Shown here: in pieces, positions 47,864 through 58,561 of the stretch
Position numbering within the stretch: the stretch's first letter is position 1
How the letters are laid out: each line of letters starts with the position of its first letter
Assembly: GCA_044070495.1 (NCBI GenBank)
Contig: JBIPSI010000019.1
Location: forward strand, 1 to 64,000
DNA from: Spirulina sp.
GTDB lineage: Bacteria; Cyanobacteriota; Cyanobacteriia; Phormidesmidales; Phormidesmidaceae
DNA: 64,000 nucleotides
Reading direction: 5' to 3'
Translations under genes and position numbers: made by a program
Notes under the pieces: generated by a model
Database searches by the model: none
What the model was told of the DNA's origin: nothing
Seen by the model: only the letters and a program-made list of their open reading frames with translations

Positions 47864-47986
47864 GGGGACGGGTGGCTGTGGATGACATCGAACACCGGGA
47901 GCGGGTGAGGGGGAAAGTTAGGGAGAAGCCCTAAGCTTAGGGGGCTCCAAGCTTAGGAACTCCAAGCGACGGGCCATTCCCGAAAC

Positions 47987-48784
47987 TTACCCCCGCAGAA
48001 AACGACGGATACGGCTAAACAGGTCGTCGTGGGTGGCGGTGAGGTCGAGCAAGGGCACCTCTTCCCCCAGCAGCCGCCGAGCAATGTTCTGAAAGGCCAT
48101 CCCTGCCAGGGAGAGCTTGGCATCCAACACCAGGGGTTCGCCCCGGTTGGAGGACACGATGACCCGCTCGTCGTCGGGGATTACCCCCAACAGCGGCACC
48201 GCTAGGATATCTAAAACATCGCGAACGGACATCATTTGATCTTCCTGCACCATGGCGGGCTTGAGGCGATTTACCAGCAGTTTGGTGTATTTCACGTCGC
48301 TGGCCTCCAAGAGTCCCACCACTCGGTCGGCATCGCGCACGGCGGAGACCTCCGGCGTGGTTACCACAATCGCCTCGTTGGCGGGGGCAATGGCATTTTG
48401 AAAGCCCAGCTCAATCCCCGCCGGACAGTCGATAATCACAAAGTCGTACTGGCCCTTCAGCCCCGCCACCAGTTCCTTCATTTGGTCGGGGGTAATGGCT
48501 TCTTTGTTGCGGTTTTGGGCCGCTGCCAGCAGGGCTAAATTGGGCTGGCGCTTGTCTTTGACCAGGGCTTTTTCAATGGTGCAATCCCCGGCTAGCACAT
48601 CCAGGGCCGTGTAGACAATGCGGTTTTCTAGCCCCAGCAGTAGGTCGAGGTTGCGTAGACCAAAGTCGGCATCAATCACCACGACCTTTTGATCCCGCTG
48701 CGCTAGGGCCATGCCCAGGTTGGTGGTGCAGGTGGTTTTGCCTACCCCGCCCTTGCCAGAGGTCATTACAATGATGCGCGTCAT
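47987..48784 (-). CDS. minD: Septum site-determining protein MinD
   Basis: SGKGGVGKTT, DFGLRNLD, DCPAGIE, AVRDADR, C-terminal amphipathic helix. Confidence 0.98.
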   Translation of the reverse strand: MTRIIVMTSGKGGVGKTTCTTNLGMALAQRDQKVVVIDADFGLRNLDLLLGLENRIVYTALDVLAGDCTIEKALVKDKRQPNLALLAAAQNRNKEAITPDQMKELVAGLKGQYDFVIIDCPAGIELGFQNAIAPANEAIVVTTPEVSAVRDADRVVGLLEASDVKYTKLLVNRLKPAMVQEDQMMSVRDVLDILAVPLLGVIPDDERVIVSSNRGEPLVLDAKLSLAGMAFQNIARRLLGEEVPLLDLTATHDDLFSRIRRFLRG

Positions 48785-49355
48785 AGGCTAACCCAGCGTT
48801 CTACCGTCTAAACTTTACAACTCCACGAATTTTACGAGGAATTTACACAACCGAGACACCCGGTTTTAGAATCAACTACCCGGCAGAACGAACGAATGCC
48901 CACATTGTTCTTGGATTCACAGAACCTTGGGGGTACACAACCCTGGGGTGATACGACCGAAACCGAGCCCCCTAGGCTCAGAATTGTCCTTGGGCCAAGG
49001 CCGAACCGCGTAGGTCGATCCAGACTCCAATTCCCACACCCCCTAGGGATACCAGCGATAATGCTCGCCCTAGGTTACATGAAGTTTTCCCCTTTCCCAG
49101 AAGGAACGTGCGTAAAGGCACCGCAAGAACTGGTCCACTGGGTTTAGATGGCGGAGGAATTTGGGTAAACATAGGGTAGACCCTGGGGATAAGGTCATGG
49201 CCGCCGCTGGATGTTCCTAGGGAGGGAAGATAGATCGAGGGGAAACCTTAGCCATGGTGGCAAGCCCAACGGAAGTAAGCCCAGCGCCCCAGCCCATTCG
49301 GCAACGATGGGGGACAGCGCCCTTACCGGAACCGGATTTTAATTAGGAGTTACGC

Positions 49356-49952
49356 ATGGTCGTCAGCATCGATGAACGGGTCACTCCCTCCAGCCCTCAG
49401 GGGGTGGTTGATCAAGCACAGTTCTCGCCCCAGGATCAGGTGGCGCTGCTGCGGGGTGATGTATTAATTGTGCCGCAGTCCCTGCCCCAGGCCCCGGCAG
49501 CGGTAATGGCCCACATGTATGTGCCCCTCCATCGAACCCACATTTGGCCCCAGGTCACCAGCTATCGCCGCTGGACTCAGTTTTTCCCTAACATCACCCA
49601 CAGCGAGGTGCTGGAGTCGGTGAAAACGGCCACCCATCGCTACCGCCGCCTGTATCAGGTGGGGCGCAAGGGGTTCATGATGATCAGCGCCCAGGTGGAA
49701 ATCTACCTTCAGGTGCTAGAAACCACCTGCGAGCACATTCAATTTCGCCTAGAACAGGGCACCTTCTCCTACTTCGATGCCGATCTGCACCTGCAAGACA
49801 TGGGCGAGGGCACCCTACTCACCTACCGCGTCCAGGCGGCCCCCACTATTCCTGTCCCCACGTTTCTGATTGAGCAGGGCATGAAGATTGACCTACCCGG
49901 TAACATGAGACAGATGCGGCAAGTGTTATGTCAGGGCTATGGTGTGGTTTAA
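49356..49952 (+). CDS. SRPBCC / polyketide cyclase-dehydrase family protein
   Basis: AGGAG RBS; W..VTSY.RW..FFPNI..S motif. Confidence 0.8.
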   Translation: MVVSIDERVTPSSPQGVVDQAQFSPQDQVALLRGDVLIVPQSLPQAPAAVMAHMYVPLHRTHIWPQVTSYRRWTQFFPNITHSEVLESVKTATHRYRRLYQVGRKGFMMISAQVEIYLQVLETTCEHIQFRLEQGTFSYFDADLHLQDMGEGTLLTYRVQAAPTIPVPTFLIEQGMKIDLPGNMRQMRQVLCQGYGVV

Positions 49953-50304
49953 GCGGCTGCGGGGCACCTTTTGGTTGGGGTTAGGCTATCTGCTGTCGCC
50001 CCTCTCCTGGTGGAATGATTTGATTTTTAACTTTCCCTTGGCCTACGGCTTTGCCTACCTGATTACCTGGGGGCAGCGCGACTGGTTTTGGGCCGCGACG
50101 GTGGTGGGCTATTGGCTGTCTAACGTGCTGGGCATGGTGATGATGCAGTGGGGGGCCACGGATATTCTGTTTACGGATACCCCCCGCAACTGGAAACGAG
50201 AATTGTGGTTGGGTTTGGCCAGCTCTACGGCCTACACCCTGGCCATTGCGGGCTTAGTCTACTTCCACGTTCTCGATCTGCCGGACTTTTTGGCGGTGAG
50301 TTAA
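49939..50304 (+). CDS. Conserved membrane protein
   Basis: GYLLSPLSWWNDL..N.PLAY, GYWLSNVLG; hydrophobic. Confidence 0.8.
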   Translation: MVWFKRLRGTFWLGLGYLLSPLSWWNDLIFNFPLAYGFAYLITWGQRDWFWAATVVGYWLSNVLGMVMMQWGATDILFTDTPRNWKRELWLGLASSTAYTLAIAGLVYFHVLDLPDFLAVS

Positions 50305-50314
50305 GCATGGGGGG

Positions 50315-50506
50315 TTAATGGTAGCGTTCCACAAAGGCTCGTCCGGCGGACATGGCGGCGCTGCTAGTGGTGTAAAAGGTGCCGTCGCTCAGCACATCCA
50401 GGGTAGGATTGACAATCCAGCACTGGTAGCCCCGATTTTTAGAGTGGCTGACACCGATAATCCAGCCCGCCATTGCCGATACCTGTACTACCGCATCGTC
50501 GTTCAT
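50315..50506 (-). CDS. Small hypothetical protein
   Basis: AAGGAG RBS before the ATG; 63 aa. Confidence 0.6.
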   Translation of the reverse strand: MNDDAVVQVSAMAGWIIGVSHSKNRGYQCWIVNPTLDVLSDGTFYTTSSAAMSAGRAFVERYH

Positions 50507-50733
50507 GGGTTTCTCCTTCGGCTAGCCTAGGCTGCGACCCCAGAAAATTCCCCCTGGGGCGGCGGTTGGGCCATCGTGGTCTACTGGATGATCAAGCCAG
50601 GCTTTGCTGGAAACCACCAGGATCGCCGACCTTGATTCCAATATTCCGATCATTGTATTCCGATTATCCCGCAGGGACGTTGATCCTCTTCGGCTCCCTG
50701 CTCCCATGGGCAGTCATTGGAGACTCGTCAATC

Positions 50734-50771
50734 AAACAAGGGGAACCTGAGGTCTAAGGTTCCCTTGTTTT
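50734..50771. terminator. Hairpin downstream of guaA, probably a bidirectional terminator
   Basis: AAACAAGGGGAACCT ... AGGTTCCCTTGTTTT. Confidence 0.6.
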
Positions 50772-50873
50772 AGACGTATTTGACGTATCTAGCGATGCCA
50801 CGCGGCTTCCCGCAGGATAGGGAGAATGTCCCATGCCTGAGCGAAGCCGGGTGGCGTTCCCCATGCACTTACC

Positions 50874-52487
50874 CTATTCCCATTCGATGGTGCCAGGCGG
50901 CTTGGAGGTGATGTCGTAGACCACGCGGTTGACGCCTTCCACTTCGTTAACGATGCGGTTGGAGATGGTCTCCAGCAGGTCGTAGGGCACCCGCGACCAG
51001 TCGGCGGTCATCCCGTCTTCGCTGCTGACCAGGCGCAGCACAATCGGGTAGGCGTAGGTGCGTTGGTCGCCCATCACCCCCACACTGCGGACGGGCAGCA
51101 GCACCGCAAAGGCCTGCCAAAAGTCGTGGTACATGCCCTGTTTGCTGATTTCATCCCGCACCACGAAGTCGGCATTACGGAGGATTTCCAGCCGTTCTTC
51201 GGTAATTTCGCCGATGATGCGAATGGCCAAACCGGGGCCAGGGAAGGGGTGGCGACGGACGATTTCTTCGGGCAGGCCAATGTTGCGACCCACCTTGCGA
51301 ACTTCATCCTTAAAGAGTTTCCGCAGAGGTTCCACCAGCTTGAACTGAAGATCCTTCGGCAGACCGCCCACATTGTGGTGGCTCTTGATCTTCACCGCCA
51401 CCCGCTCCCCGGTTTTGGGGTCTACATTGGTATCGGCGGATTCGATCACGTCGGGATACAGCGTGCCCTGGGCCAGGTAGTCGAAGGGGCCGAGGCGGTT
51501 GGATTCTTCCTCAAACACGCGGATGAATTCGTGGCCGATGCGCTTGCGTTTTTCTTCGGGATCGGTGATGCCCTGCACCACATGCAGGAAGCGTTCCCGT
51601 GCTTTGATGTGCTGCACAGGGATATGGAACTGCTCTTGGAAGAGCTTCACCAGCCGCTCCGGTTCGCCCTTGCGCATAAAGCCCTGGTCGATGAACATAC
51701 AGGTGAGCTGGTCGCCGATGGCCTCATGGAGCAAAAAGGCCAGGGTTGAGGAATCCACGCCGCCGGAGAGGGCCAGCAGCACCCGCTTGTCGCCTACCCT
51801 AGCCCGGACTTCGCGGATGGCCTCTTCTACAAAGGCTTCCGTGGTCCAGGTGGGCTGGCACTCGCAGATGTGGTAAACAAAGTTGCGAATTAGGGCAATG
51901 CCGCCGAGGGAATGCACCACCTCTGGGTGGAACTGCACGCCATAGAGCTTGCGGCTGTGGTCGGCGATGGCGGCGCAGGGGGTATTGTCGGTGTGGGCTA
52001 GGACTTCAAAGCCATCGGGCAGGCGGGTTACCGAATCGCCGTGGCTCATCCACATGGTGGTGTTGTCTTCTACATTGGTGAGTAGGTCGGTGGGGTCATC
52101 GATGAATAGACCGGCCTTGCCGTACTCGCCTCGCTCCGCCCGTTCCACTTGGCCACCCAATTGCTGCACCATGAGCTGCATCCCGTAGCACACGCCCAAA
52201 ATGGGAATGCCCAACTCCCAAATCGCCGGGTCGCAGTGGGGTGCCCCGGCGTCGTAGACCGAACTGGGGCCACCGGAGAGGATGATGCCCTTGGGGTTGA
52301 GCTGTTTAAGCTGCTCGGCGGTGGTGCGGTAGGAGAGCACCTCGGAATACACCTCGGTTTCGCGAATGCGGCGGGCGATTAGCTCGGAATATTGGGAACC
52401 AAAGTCGAGAATCACCAGCATTTGGCGGTTGACCTCTGGCATGGAGGCGTCGTCGAGGTGGGTGGTGGAGTCGGTTTGAAGGGTCAC
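50874..52487 (-). CDS. guaA: GMP synthase (glutamine-hydrolysing)
   Basis: [44 protein letters not shown]. Confidence 0.99.
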   Translation of the reverse strand: MTLQTDSTTHLDDASMPEVNRQMLVILDFGSQYSELIARRIRETEVYSEVLSYRTTAEQLKQLNPKGIILSGGPSSVYDAGAPHCDPAIWELGIPILGVCYGMQLMVQQLGGQVERAERGEYGKAGLFIDDPTDLLTNVEDNTTMWMSHGDSVTRLPDGFEVLAHTDNTPCAAIADHSRKLYGVQFHPEVVHSLGGIALIRNFVYHICECQPTWTTEAFVEEAIREVRARVGDKRVLLALSGGVDSSTLAFLLHEAIGDQLTCMFIDQGFMRKGEPERLVKLFQEQFHIPVQHIKARERFLHVVQGITDPEEKRKRIGHEFIRVFEEESNRLGPFDYLAQGTLYPDVIESADTNVDPKTGERVAVKIKSHHNVGGLPKDLQFKLVEPLRKLFKDEVRKVGRNIGLPEEIVRRHPFPGPGLAIRIIGEITEERLEILRNADFVVRDEISKQGMYHDFWQAFAVLLPVRSVGVMGDQRTYAYPIVLRLVSSEDGMTADWSRVPYDLLETISNRIVNEVEGVNRVVYDITSKPPGTIEWE

Positions 52488-52755
52488 TAGCTTAATCCTG
52501 TAGATTGACGACGGGGAGTGACGATAGGGCTAAAAGAGCTAAGGCGAGGGCAACGATATCGACAATGTGGACAATATGAGGGGTTTTAAAGGTACCCGTA
52601 TTCTGGTGGCAACGCCATCAGAACCAGGATGCTAAGACACGATTCAGCAGAGGCTTGTAAAGGGAGGTTGGTAAAAAATAATCCTCTCAGTCTAACAAAA
52701 CTTGCTGAAATAACGTCTGCGCCTCTAGCCCTGATTCCGAGATCCCAAGGTGGGC

Positions 52756-54021
52756 CTAGGTTTGACCGAAGGGCAGGGCTAGGCGCTGTACCCAGGGGTG
52801 AATCTCGCGGGGATAGAGCAGCCAAATGCGCTCGGCGGGCTGACTGAGGGTGTTCACCAGGGGCGAAAGGTCTTTGATGTCCACAAAGGTATTATCGACG
52901 TGCATGTGGATGCCCTGCTGGTAGGTGGTGTAGCCTCGGCTCCAGGTGTGTTCTAGGGCGGCGTAGGTTTCGCCAGCCAATCCTTGTTCGTTGAGATGGG
53001 CCTGCACCTGCGTTAGAAGCCTCTCTTGTTGATCGTCCGACAGACGGGTGATTTCCAAGGTCTTCAGCAAATCCCGATCCACGTACCGACGGCAGAGATC
53101 CGCCAGCAAAGCATCTTTCCCCCGCTGCCAGCGCTGGAGGTGGTAGTTCAGTACGGCGTCATCGGCAGCCAGATAGGTTTCCAGGGAAAGGGGAACTTGG
53201 GCCGATTGCAGCCAAGCCGCCATGGTCTCATCGGCCTCTAGTTGCCCGGATGGGTGAAGGACACGGGCGCGGTTGAAGGCGCATTTCAGCAGCCAAGTGG
53301 CGGCAATATTTTTGGGATGGTTGTACACCTGGGCATACATGAAATGGCGCACCACCAGGTAATGCTCGATGGCCGAAAGCCCCTTGTGGGCCACCACCAG
53401 GCGGTTGCTCTCCGGCTCCAACTCCAGCGCCATCAGGATGCGATCCAAATCTAGTCGCCCGTAGCCAGCCCCGGTGGAGTAGCTGTCGCGCAGCAGGTAA
53501 TCCAAACGGTCGCAATCTAACTGGCTAGACACCAACTGCCACACCAGCGGCACCGGATGGGTATGGGTGTAGACCTGCTCGATAGCGGGGATCAGGTCGG
53601 CGGAATATTGCGTCAGGGGGTCACGGATGGCAGGGATTTCCTGAATGATGCGCTGCGTCCAATACTCGTGGTGTAGGCCAAAGATTTCCTCCGCCGTGTG
53701 GCTAAAGGGGCCATGGCCAATGTCGTGCAGCAGGGCAGCACAGAGCACCGTGGCCCGATGGGGACGCAAACTGGGATAGCGCCCCAATAGCTGATCAAAG
53801 GCGCGGCGAGCCAGGGCCATCACCCCCAGGGAGTGGGTAAAGCGCGAACTTTCGGCCCCGTGGAAGGTGAGGTAGGCTGGCCCCAGTTGCCGAATTCGCC
53901 GCAACCGCTGAAAGGCCGGAGTATCAATCAACCGAATCAGCAACGCCTCTTCGGGGTCGCTGGTGTGCAGGGTAATCGCCCCATGCAGCGGATCGTGGTA
54001 GGTGCGGGAGGGCTTGAACAT
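52756..54021 (-). CDS. HD-domain phosphohydrolase (dNTPase-like)
   Basis: FQRLRRIRQLG, SRFTHSLG, LLHDIGHGPFSH, LDCDRLDYL. Confidence 0.92.
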   Translation of the reverse strand: MFKPSRTYHDPLHGAITLHTSDPEEALLIRLIDTPAFQRLRRIRQLGPAYLTFHGAESSRFTHSLGVMALARRAFDQLLGRYPSLRPHRATVLCAALLHDIGHGPFSHTAEEIFGLHHEYWTQRIIQEIPAIRDPLTQYSADLIPAIEQVYTHTHPVPLVWQLVSSQLDCDRLDYLLRDSYSTGAGYGRLDLDRILMALELEPESNRLVVAHKGLSAIEHYLVVRHFMYAQVYNHPKNIAATWLLKCAFNRARVLHPSGQLEADETMAAWLQSAQVPLSLETYLAADDAVLNYHLQRWQRGKDALLADLCRRYVDRDLLKTLEITRLSDDQQERLLTQVQAHLNEQGLAGETYAALEHTWSRGYTTYQQGIHMHVDNTFVDIKDLSPLVNTLSQPAERIWLLYPREIHPWVQRLALPFGQT

Positions 54022-54034
54022 GATGGATGCGTTT

Positions 54035-54307
54035 CTAAGGCCCAGCGAAAATCGCTTCTTCTAGGTCTTTGCGGCTGAGGGAATATTTGAAGATGCGCTG
54101 CACATCCTTGCCATCGGCTCCGGCGTTGATATAGCGCACCACTAGGGCATCGATATCTAAAATTACATCGGCTTCCCAGAGAGGACGCTGTACATGCCAG
54201 CGGTGGGGCACATCGGTATGTTGTTCGCAACCCTGGCGACGCAGCCAGTCTTCAATATCCGGCAGGGTGTGGTTATAGAGGGGGGTGCTAGCGGTGGGAA
54301 GAGCCAT
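54035..54307 (-). CDS. DUF3143 family protein
   Basis: TPLYNHTLPDIEDWL...FKYSLSRKDLEEAIFAGP. Confidence 0.85.
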   Translation of the reverse strand: MALPTASTPLYNHTLPDIEDWLRRQGCEQHTDVPHRWHVQRPLWEADVILDIDALVVRYINAGADGKDVQRIFKYSLSRKDLEEAIFAGP

Positions 54308-54343
54308 AGAAACAACCTAGGGTTCGCAGAAATTAAGGGATTT

Positions 54344-54423
54344 GTAGGGTGGGCACCGCCCACCGAAGAGAATGTTTTCTCAAAAAATATCGTCTTAAAT
54401 GAGTAGGGTGGGTACCGCCCACC
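54344..54423 (+). repeat. Two tandem GTAG REP copies (54344-54364, 54403-54423); another lies at 56856-56876 (-)
   Basis: GTAGGGTGGGCACCGCCCACC and GTAGGGTGGGTACCGCCCACC. Confidence 0.85.
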
Positions 54424-54460
54424 ATCAGCAAAACCGCTTGCTAAACAGCATTGTCTTAAC

Positions 54461-54610
54461 TTATAGCGGATTTCACTTGGGTGAAGTACATGGCGATGAT
54501 CCCCCCTCCCCCCTTGATAAGGGGGATACAGAGTGAAGCTTAGACGGCTAGGGACTGGGGGATCTAGAACCCAGTAATGGGGTATCTCACTCTATTGAGA
54601 ACCGCTATAA
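54461..54610. mobile_element. MITE-like element with TATAGCGG...CCGCTATA ends (TA-flanked, IS630/Tc1-like ends)
   Basis: TTATAGCGGATTTCA..GTGAAGTAC / GTATCTCAC..TGAGAACCGCTATAA; internal CCCCCTT..AAGGGGG hairpin. Confidence 0.7.
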
Positions 54611-54666
54611 ATTAAATCCTGGCTTAGAAATACCTAGGGCCAAGGAAAAATCCTGCCATCCTTAGC

Positions 54667-55284
54667 CTACAGCCAAGTGGGTGGCCCCTGGGCAGGGCGA
54701 GGGGTGGACGGCAGGCTTGGAGCCGTGCCAGCGGGGCCAGGGGGATTCTGGAGTTCTGTGGTGGTCATCGGCGCAGAGGCGGGTGCCCCATCCGAGGTCA
54801 GGGTAGCGGCGTCTAGGGGTTCGGGGTTGATGGCATACTCGCCACGGGTGAGGCTCACCGTCACCACTAGGGCCAAACAGGCCACAAAGGTGAGTCCCAG
54901 GATGAACAGGGCGAAAATTTCCCCGGCTGAAAGGGGCCGATCCGTGGGGTCGAGGTAGAGGTTGGAGGGTTCCTTGCGACGGGGAACGGCACTACTGGCC
55001 CGCGACAGGGGTTCCAGCGGCTGCATCACCGAAATGCGGGAATAGCCCACCTGTTTATCGTAGGTCCAGCGGCGATCTGGGCTGCTGAGGATGCCGTAGG
55101 CTTCGTTGAGCTGCTGAAACTTTGCGGTGGCTTCCTCCGCTGGTAGGGTAGTGGTGTCGGGGTGGTAGAGCTTGCTCAGTTCCCGAAACGCCTGCCGAAT
55201 TTGCTGGGGGCTAGCGGTCGGCTTCACCCCTAGGCGGTCGTAGTGGGTTTCGGGTCTTGGGTTGGGTGCAGGCATAGACGCCAC
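54667..55284 (-). CDS. J-domain (DnaJ-type) membrane protein
   Basis: HYDRLGV, YHPD, LNEAY..LS...R..YD; one TM helix. Confidence 0.9.
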   Translation of the reverse strand: MASMPAPNPRPETHYDRLGVKPTASPQQIRQAFRELSKLYHPDTTTLPAEEATAKFQQLNEAYGILSSPDRRWTYDKQVGYSRISVMQPLEPLSRASSAVPRRKEPSNLYLDPTDRPLSAGEIFALFILGLTFVACLALVVTVSLTRGEYAINPEPLDAATLTSDGAPASAPMTTTELQNPPGPAGTAPSLPSTPRPAQGPPTWL

Positions 55285-55322
55285 GGGCCTTTTATCAGCA
55301 AAGAAAATCGGTAATGGCTAGG

Positions 55323-56177
55323 CTAACACGGAGCCGATTCCCATTCCGACAACGAACGGCTGAGGCGAATTTGGGCCAGGGTAAACACCACCGGAATCAC
55401 CCGACCGTAGTTCGTTGCAATGGCGCGCCACCCTAAATCGGCAAAGAACCAGGCCCACAGGGCTGGCCCCACCCAAGCCAATAGCGTACGGGTGGCGCTG
55501 TAACGAGCCGCATTCATCGCCACCCCACGGGAGGCCATACCCAGAGCCACGCGACTTTGAATCTGAGCTAAAGCTGTGCCGCCGCCCCGAACTAGGGTTT
55601 GTTTGGCCAGTTCATAGCGGGCCACTTGGAGCAATACCTGGCGGGCCAAATGGTGGAGCAACCAAGGCCGCAGCAGCGCACTCACCGCTAAGGCGCTGCC
55701 CCCCTTCACCAACAGCCCTGTGGGATTGGCTTGCAGCGCCTGGGGTAAGGTCTGGAACTGGGGCGACTGGGCCAGGGTTTGTCGCAGTTCCTTCTGCACC
55801 TGTTGCCGTTCCCTTGGAGGGAGTTTCTCCCAGGCCGACTCAATCAGATGTAGAAAGACCTCCGCCTCCAAGTCCTCCGTGGGCCAAGCCTCGGCGTAGG
55901 GCAAGCGTAGGTAGCGGCACACTTGCACCAGCGCTTGGCGATAGGTCATGGCCTGACTTTGGCCGTGTAGCACCGTCAGCCCATCCGCTGCCAAAAACCG
56001 AAACCGCTGTTCTAGCCGATCCAGCCACTGCTGCCGTGACCCACTTTGCACCGTCAGCGGATCCAGGCGATTGAGGTAATCTAGCGGGTTAAACTTGGGC
56101 CGAAACAACATCTCGGTCAGAGCCTGGAGTTCTTCCTCCGTGGCCAATTCCAGGGCCGAACGCAGCTCATCCACCAC
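55323..56177 (-). CDS. YaaW family protein
   Basis: DELRSALELATEEEL, FNPLDY, RFRFLAADG, TNYGRVIP. Confidence 0.85.
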   Translation of the reverse strand: MVDELRSALELATEEELQALTEMLFRPKFNPLDYLNRLDPLTVQSGSRQQWLDRLEQRFRFLAADGLTVLHGQSQAMTYRQALVQVCRYLRLPYAEAWPTEDLEAEVFLHLIESAWEKLPPRERQQVQKELRQTLAQSPQFQTLPQALQANPTGLLVKGGSALAVSALLRPWLLHHLARQVLLQVARYELAKQTLVRGGGTALAQIQSRVALGMASRGVAMNAARYSATRTLLAWVGPALWAWFFADLGWRAIATNYGRVIPVVFTLAQIRLSRSLSEWESAPC

Positions 56178-56335
56178 CGCTCACCGTTCGATACAATTAC
56201 CCCTTAATTTTTACACCATATTTTCCTGAGCAGAGGCATACGGCCTAGGCGAACACCCATCTAACCCCAGCCCGCATCAACAGCCGGGATGTAGGCGCTA
56301 CCGATATACTGGAAGGGTCGTTGCACCCCCTGGCT

Positions 56336-56740
56336 ATGACTACTTCGCCTACGGCCAATCCTGCGGCTGCGTCCATCACCGAACTTGCTCCCAGTTACCG
56401 CATTCCGCTGGCGCTGGTGGGGCTAGCCATACCGCTAGCAGTGCTTAACCTCTGGCTGGGCGGCGTGGTCGGGCTGTTTGGCGTGTTTTTGTGGATTCAG
56501 GCCATCACCCTGCGGCTGCGCTTTACCGAGACCGCCCTGGATATTTATCGAGGGCAAAAACAGATTCGCCAGTTTCCCTACGCCGAGTGGGAACACTGGG
56601 AGATTTTCTGGTCTCCAGTGCCCATTCTGTTCTATTTTCGGGAGGTGAAAAGCATTCACTTTTTGCCGATCATCTTTAGCCCCAGCCAGCTTAGGACAGC
56701 CCTAGAAGACCGCTGTCCTCTACCCCTAAAACAGGGTTAG
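56336..56740 (+). CDS. DUF3119 family membrane protein
   Basis: LRFTETALD, FPY.EW..W.IFW, YFREVKSIHFLPI. Confidence 0.87.
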   Translation: MTTSPTANPAAASITELAPSYRIPLALVGLAIPLAVLNLWLGGVVGLFGVFLWIQAITLRLRFTETALDIYRGQKQIRQFPYAEWEHWEIFWSPVPILFYFREVKSIHFLPIIFSPSQLRTALEDRCPLPLKQG

Positions 56741-56895
56741 GAACTTACAAAAGCGTCCAAAGTAGGTGAGTTTTGGCGTGGGAATACCTACTATCCTGTG
56801 AGTGGCCGACTGGAGCAGATGACACGCCAAGATATATCAGCCAGGATATTTTGATGGTGGGCAGCGCCCACCCTACCGTTGATGTTCATTAAAGG

Positions 56896-58074
56896 ATGTC
56901 CATGACCCCCGACGAGTTTTCCCCATCGACGCCATCACCCGAAAGCAGTGCCAGTGGCGAGGGCAGCGGTTCTGCCTCGGTGGATTTTTCGGGTCTGCGA
57001 TCCGAGGGACTGGGACTGGGGGGAGCATCCTCTGAGGGTTCGCGCTCCGAGGGATTTCGGTCGGACTGGAGTACGCGCATGGACAGCCTGAAGCAGCAGG
57101 AGGCCGACCTGAAGCGCAGCATTGCCGACCTGCAAGCCACCTACAACCGTCTCACCCAGGATCAATTTAAGAAAATCCAGACCGATATCAGCCGCATGGT
57201 GGAGCAGGGCACCGCCGAGCTAGAACAGCGCAAGCGCACCCTGCAACTCGACATCGAAAAGCTAGAGCGTCGCCAGGAGCGCATCCAGGCGGAAATGCGC
57301 ACCACCTTTGCCGGGGCTTCCCAAGATTTGGCGGTGCGGGTGCAGGGCTTTAAGGATTACCTGGTAGGCAGTTTGCAGGATTTGGCCACCGCCGCCGAGC
57401 AGCTAAACATGGCTCCCGCTGCCGCCCCCCCGCGAGAGCCGGAGGTGATTCAGTCTGGGGCAGGTCGCCGTCCTCGCCCCCAAGCCCCCGCCCAGCCCCC
57501 GGCGGATGGGGCTGCCCTAGGCTTTGCCGCCAGCACCTTCCAAGACCAAACCGAACGGGTTCGCAGCCTGCTAGATCAATACCGGATGCGGCCCGACTAT
57601 TACGGCCCCGTGTGGCAACTGCGGCGCACCTTCGAGCCGATCCATGCCGAGCGGGTGTCGGGCTGGTTCTTTGCCCAGGGCGGACGCGGTGCCGTGAAAA
57701 GCATGGGCAGCCGCTTGCAGAACGTACTGGTGGCCTCGGCGGCGATTTCCATTTTGCACACCCTCTACGGCGGACGACTGCGGACGCTGGTACTCTCCAA
57801 CAGCCCCGAACGGCTGGGGGAATGGCGACGAGGGCTGCAAGACTGCCTGGGCGTATCGCGGGCCGACTTTGGCACAGGCCAAGGGCTGATGCTATTTGAT
57901 GCCCCAGAACCCCTCGCCCAACGGGCGGATCGGATTCGGTCTGAGGGTGGCCTACCGCTGATTGTGGTAGACGAAGCCGAAGCGGTGATTAGCCTTGCCC
58001 TGCTTCAGTTTCCCCTGTGGCTGGCCTTTGCCCCCGACCCGGCTAACCCCATCAATGAATATGACTATTTCTAA
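56896..58074 (+). CDS. DUF3086 family protein
   Basis: FAGASQDLAVRVQGFKDYL, PDYYGPVW, ERLGEWRRGLQDCLG, LQFPLWLAFA. Confidence 0.9.
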   Translation: MSMTPDEFSPSTPSPESSASGEGSGSASVDFSGLRSEGLGLGGASSEGSRSEGFRSDWSTRMDSLKQQEADLKRSIADLQATYNRLTQDQFKKIQTDISRMVEQGTAELEQRKRTLQLDIEKLERRQERIQAEMRTTFAGASQDLAVRVQGFKDYLVGSLQDLATAAEQLNMAPAAAPPREPEVIQSGAGRRPRPQAPAQPPADGAALGFAASTFQDQTERVRSLLDQYRMRPDYYGPVWQLRRTFEPIHAERVSGWFFAQGGRGAVKSMGSRLQNVLVASAAISILHTLYGGRLRTLVLSNSPERLGEWRRGLQDCLGVSRADFGTGQGLMLFDAPEPLAQRADRIRSEGGLPLIVVDEAEAVISLALLQFPLWLAFAPDPANPINEYDYF

Positions 58075-58135
58075 CCTTCAGCCAGTCAAACAGATTCAGT
58101 AGATCACAAACTTGCTCTATTGCCCTGATTTGGCC

Positions 58136-58561
58136 CTCATCCTCGAACGCCTCGTTGCCCTCAACGCCCAACGCGCCGAAGAAGAACGCAACGGACTCAT
58201 CCGCTGGCTGCGGCCAGAGTATCAAGCCCCAGATTCCGTACGGGCGCACGGCGGTGCGCCCCAACAGGGCATTCTCGAAGGCATTACCTCCCCCGAAGAG
58301 ACCGTCGTGGAACCCGTAGAACAGCGCAAGTGGCCCACCCAGCCCAAAGCTCAACTCGCCGCCATTCGAGACTTGCTCCGCACCAGCAGCGGCGAATGGA
58401 CAGTGCCTCAAATTGCCGCCCAATTTACCGGGAAAAATACTAAGAAAAAAATCGACACCATCACCGAAAACTTGGAACGCCTAGAATGGTTTGGCTTAGT
58501 GATCTGTCAGAAACATAACGGCATTCTCCACTGGCACCACACCGAACTCCTAACCGCTTAA
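58136..58561 (+). pseudogene. C-terminal remnant of an MmeI-like DNA methyltransferase/restriction-modification gene
   Basis: ILERLVALNAQRAEEERNGLIRWLRPEYQAP...WP...Q...R..L resembles the tail of these enzymes; no catalytic motifs and no credible start. Confidence 0.65.

Noticed and set aside
49255..49312. glnA (glutamine) riboswitch-like words ACGGAAGTAAG and GCAACG
   Set aside because: The 5' CGTT strand and the supporting stems are missing.
48785..49355. Absence of minC upstream of minD
   Set aside because: minC is unlinked from minDE in some cyanobacteria, and I saw no remnant, so this is not evidence of loss.
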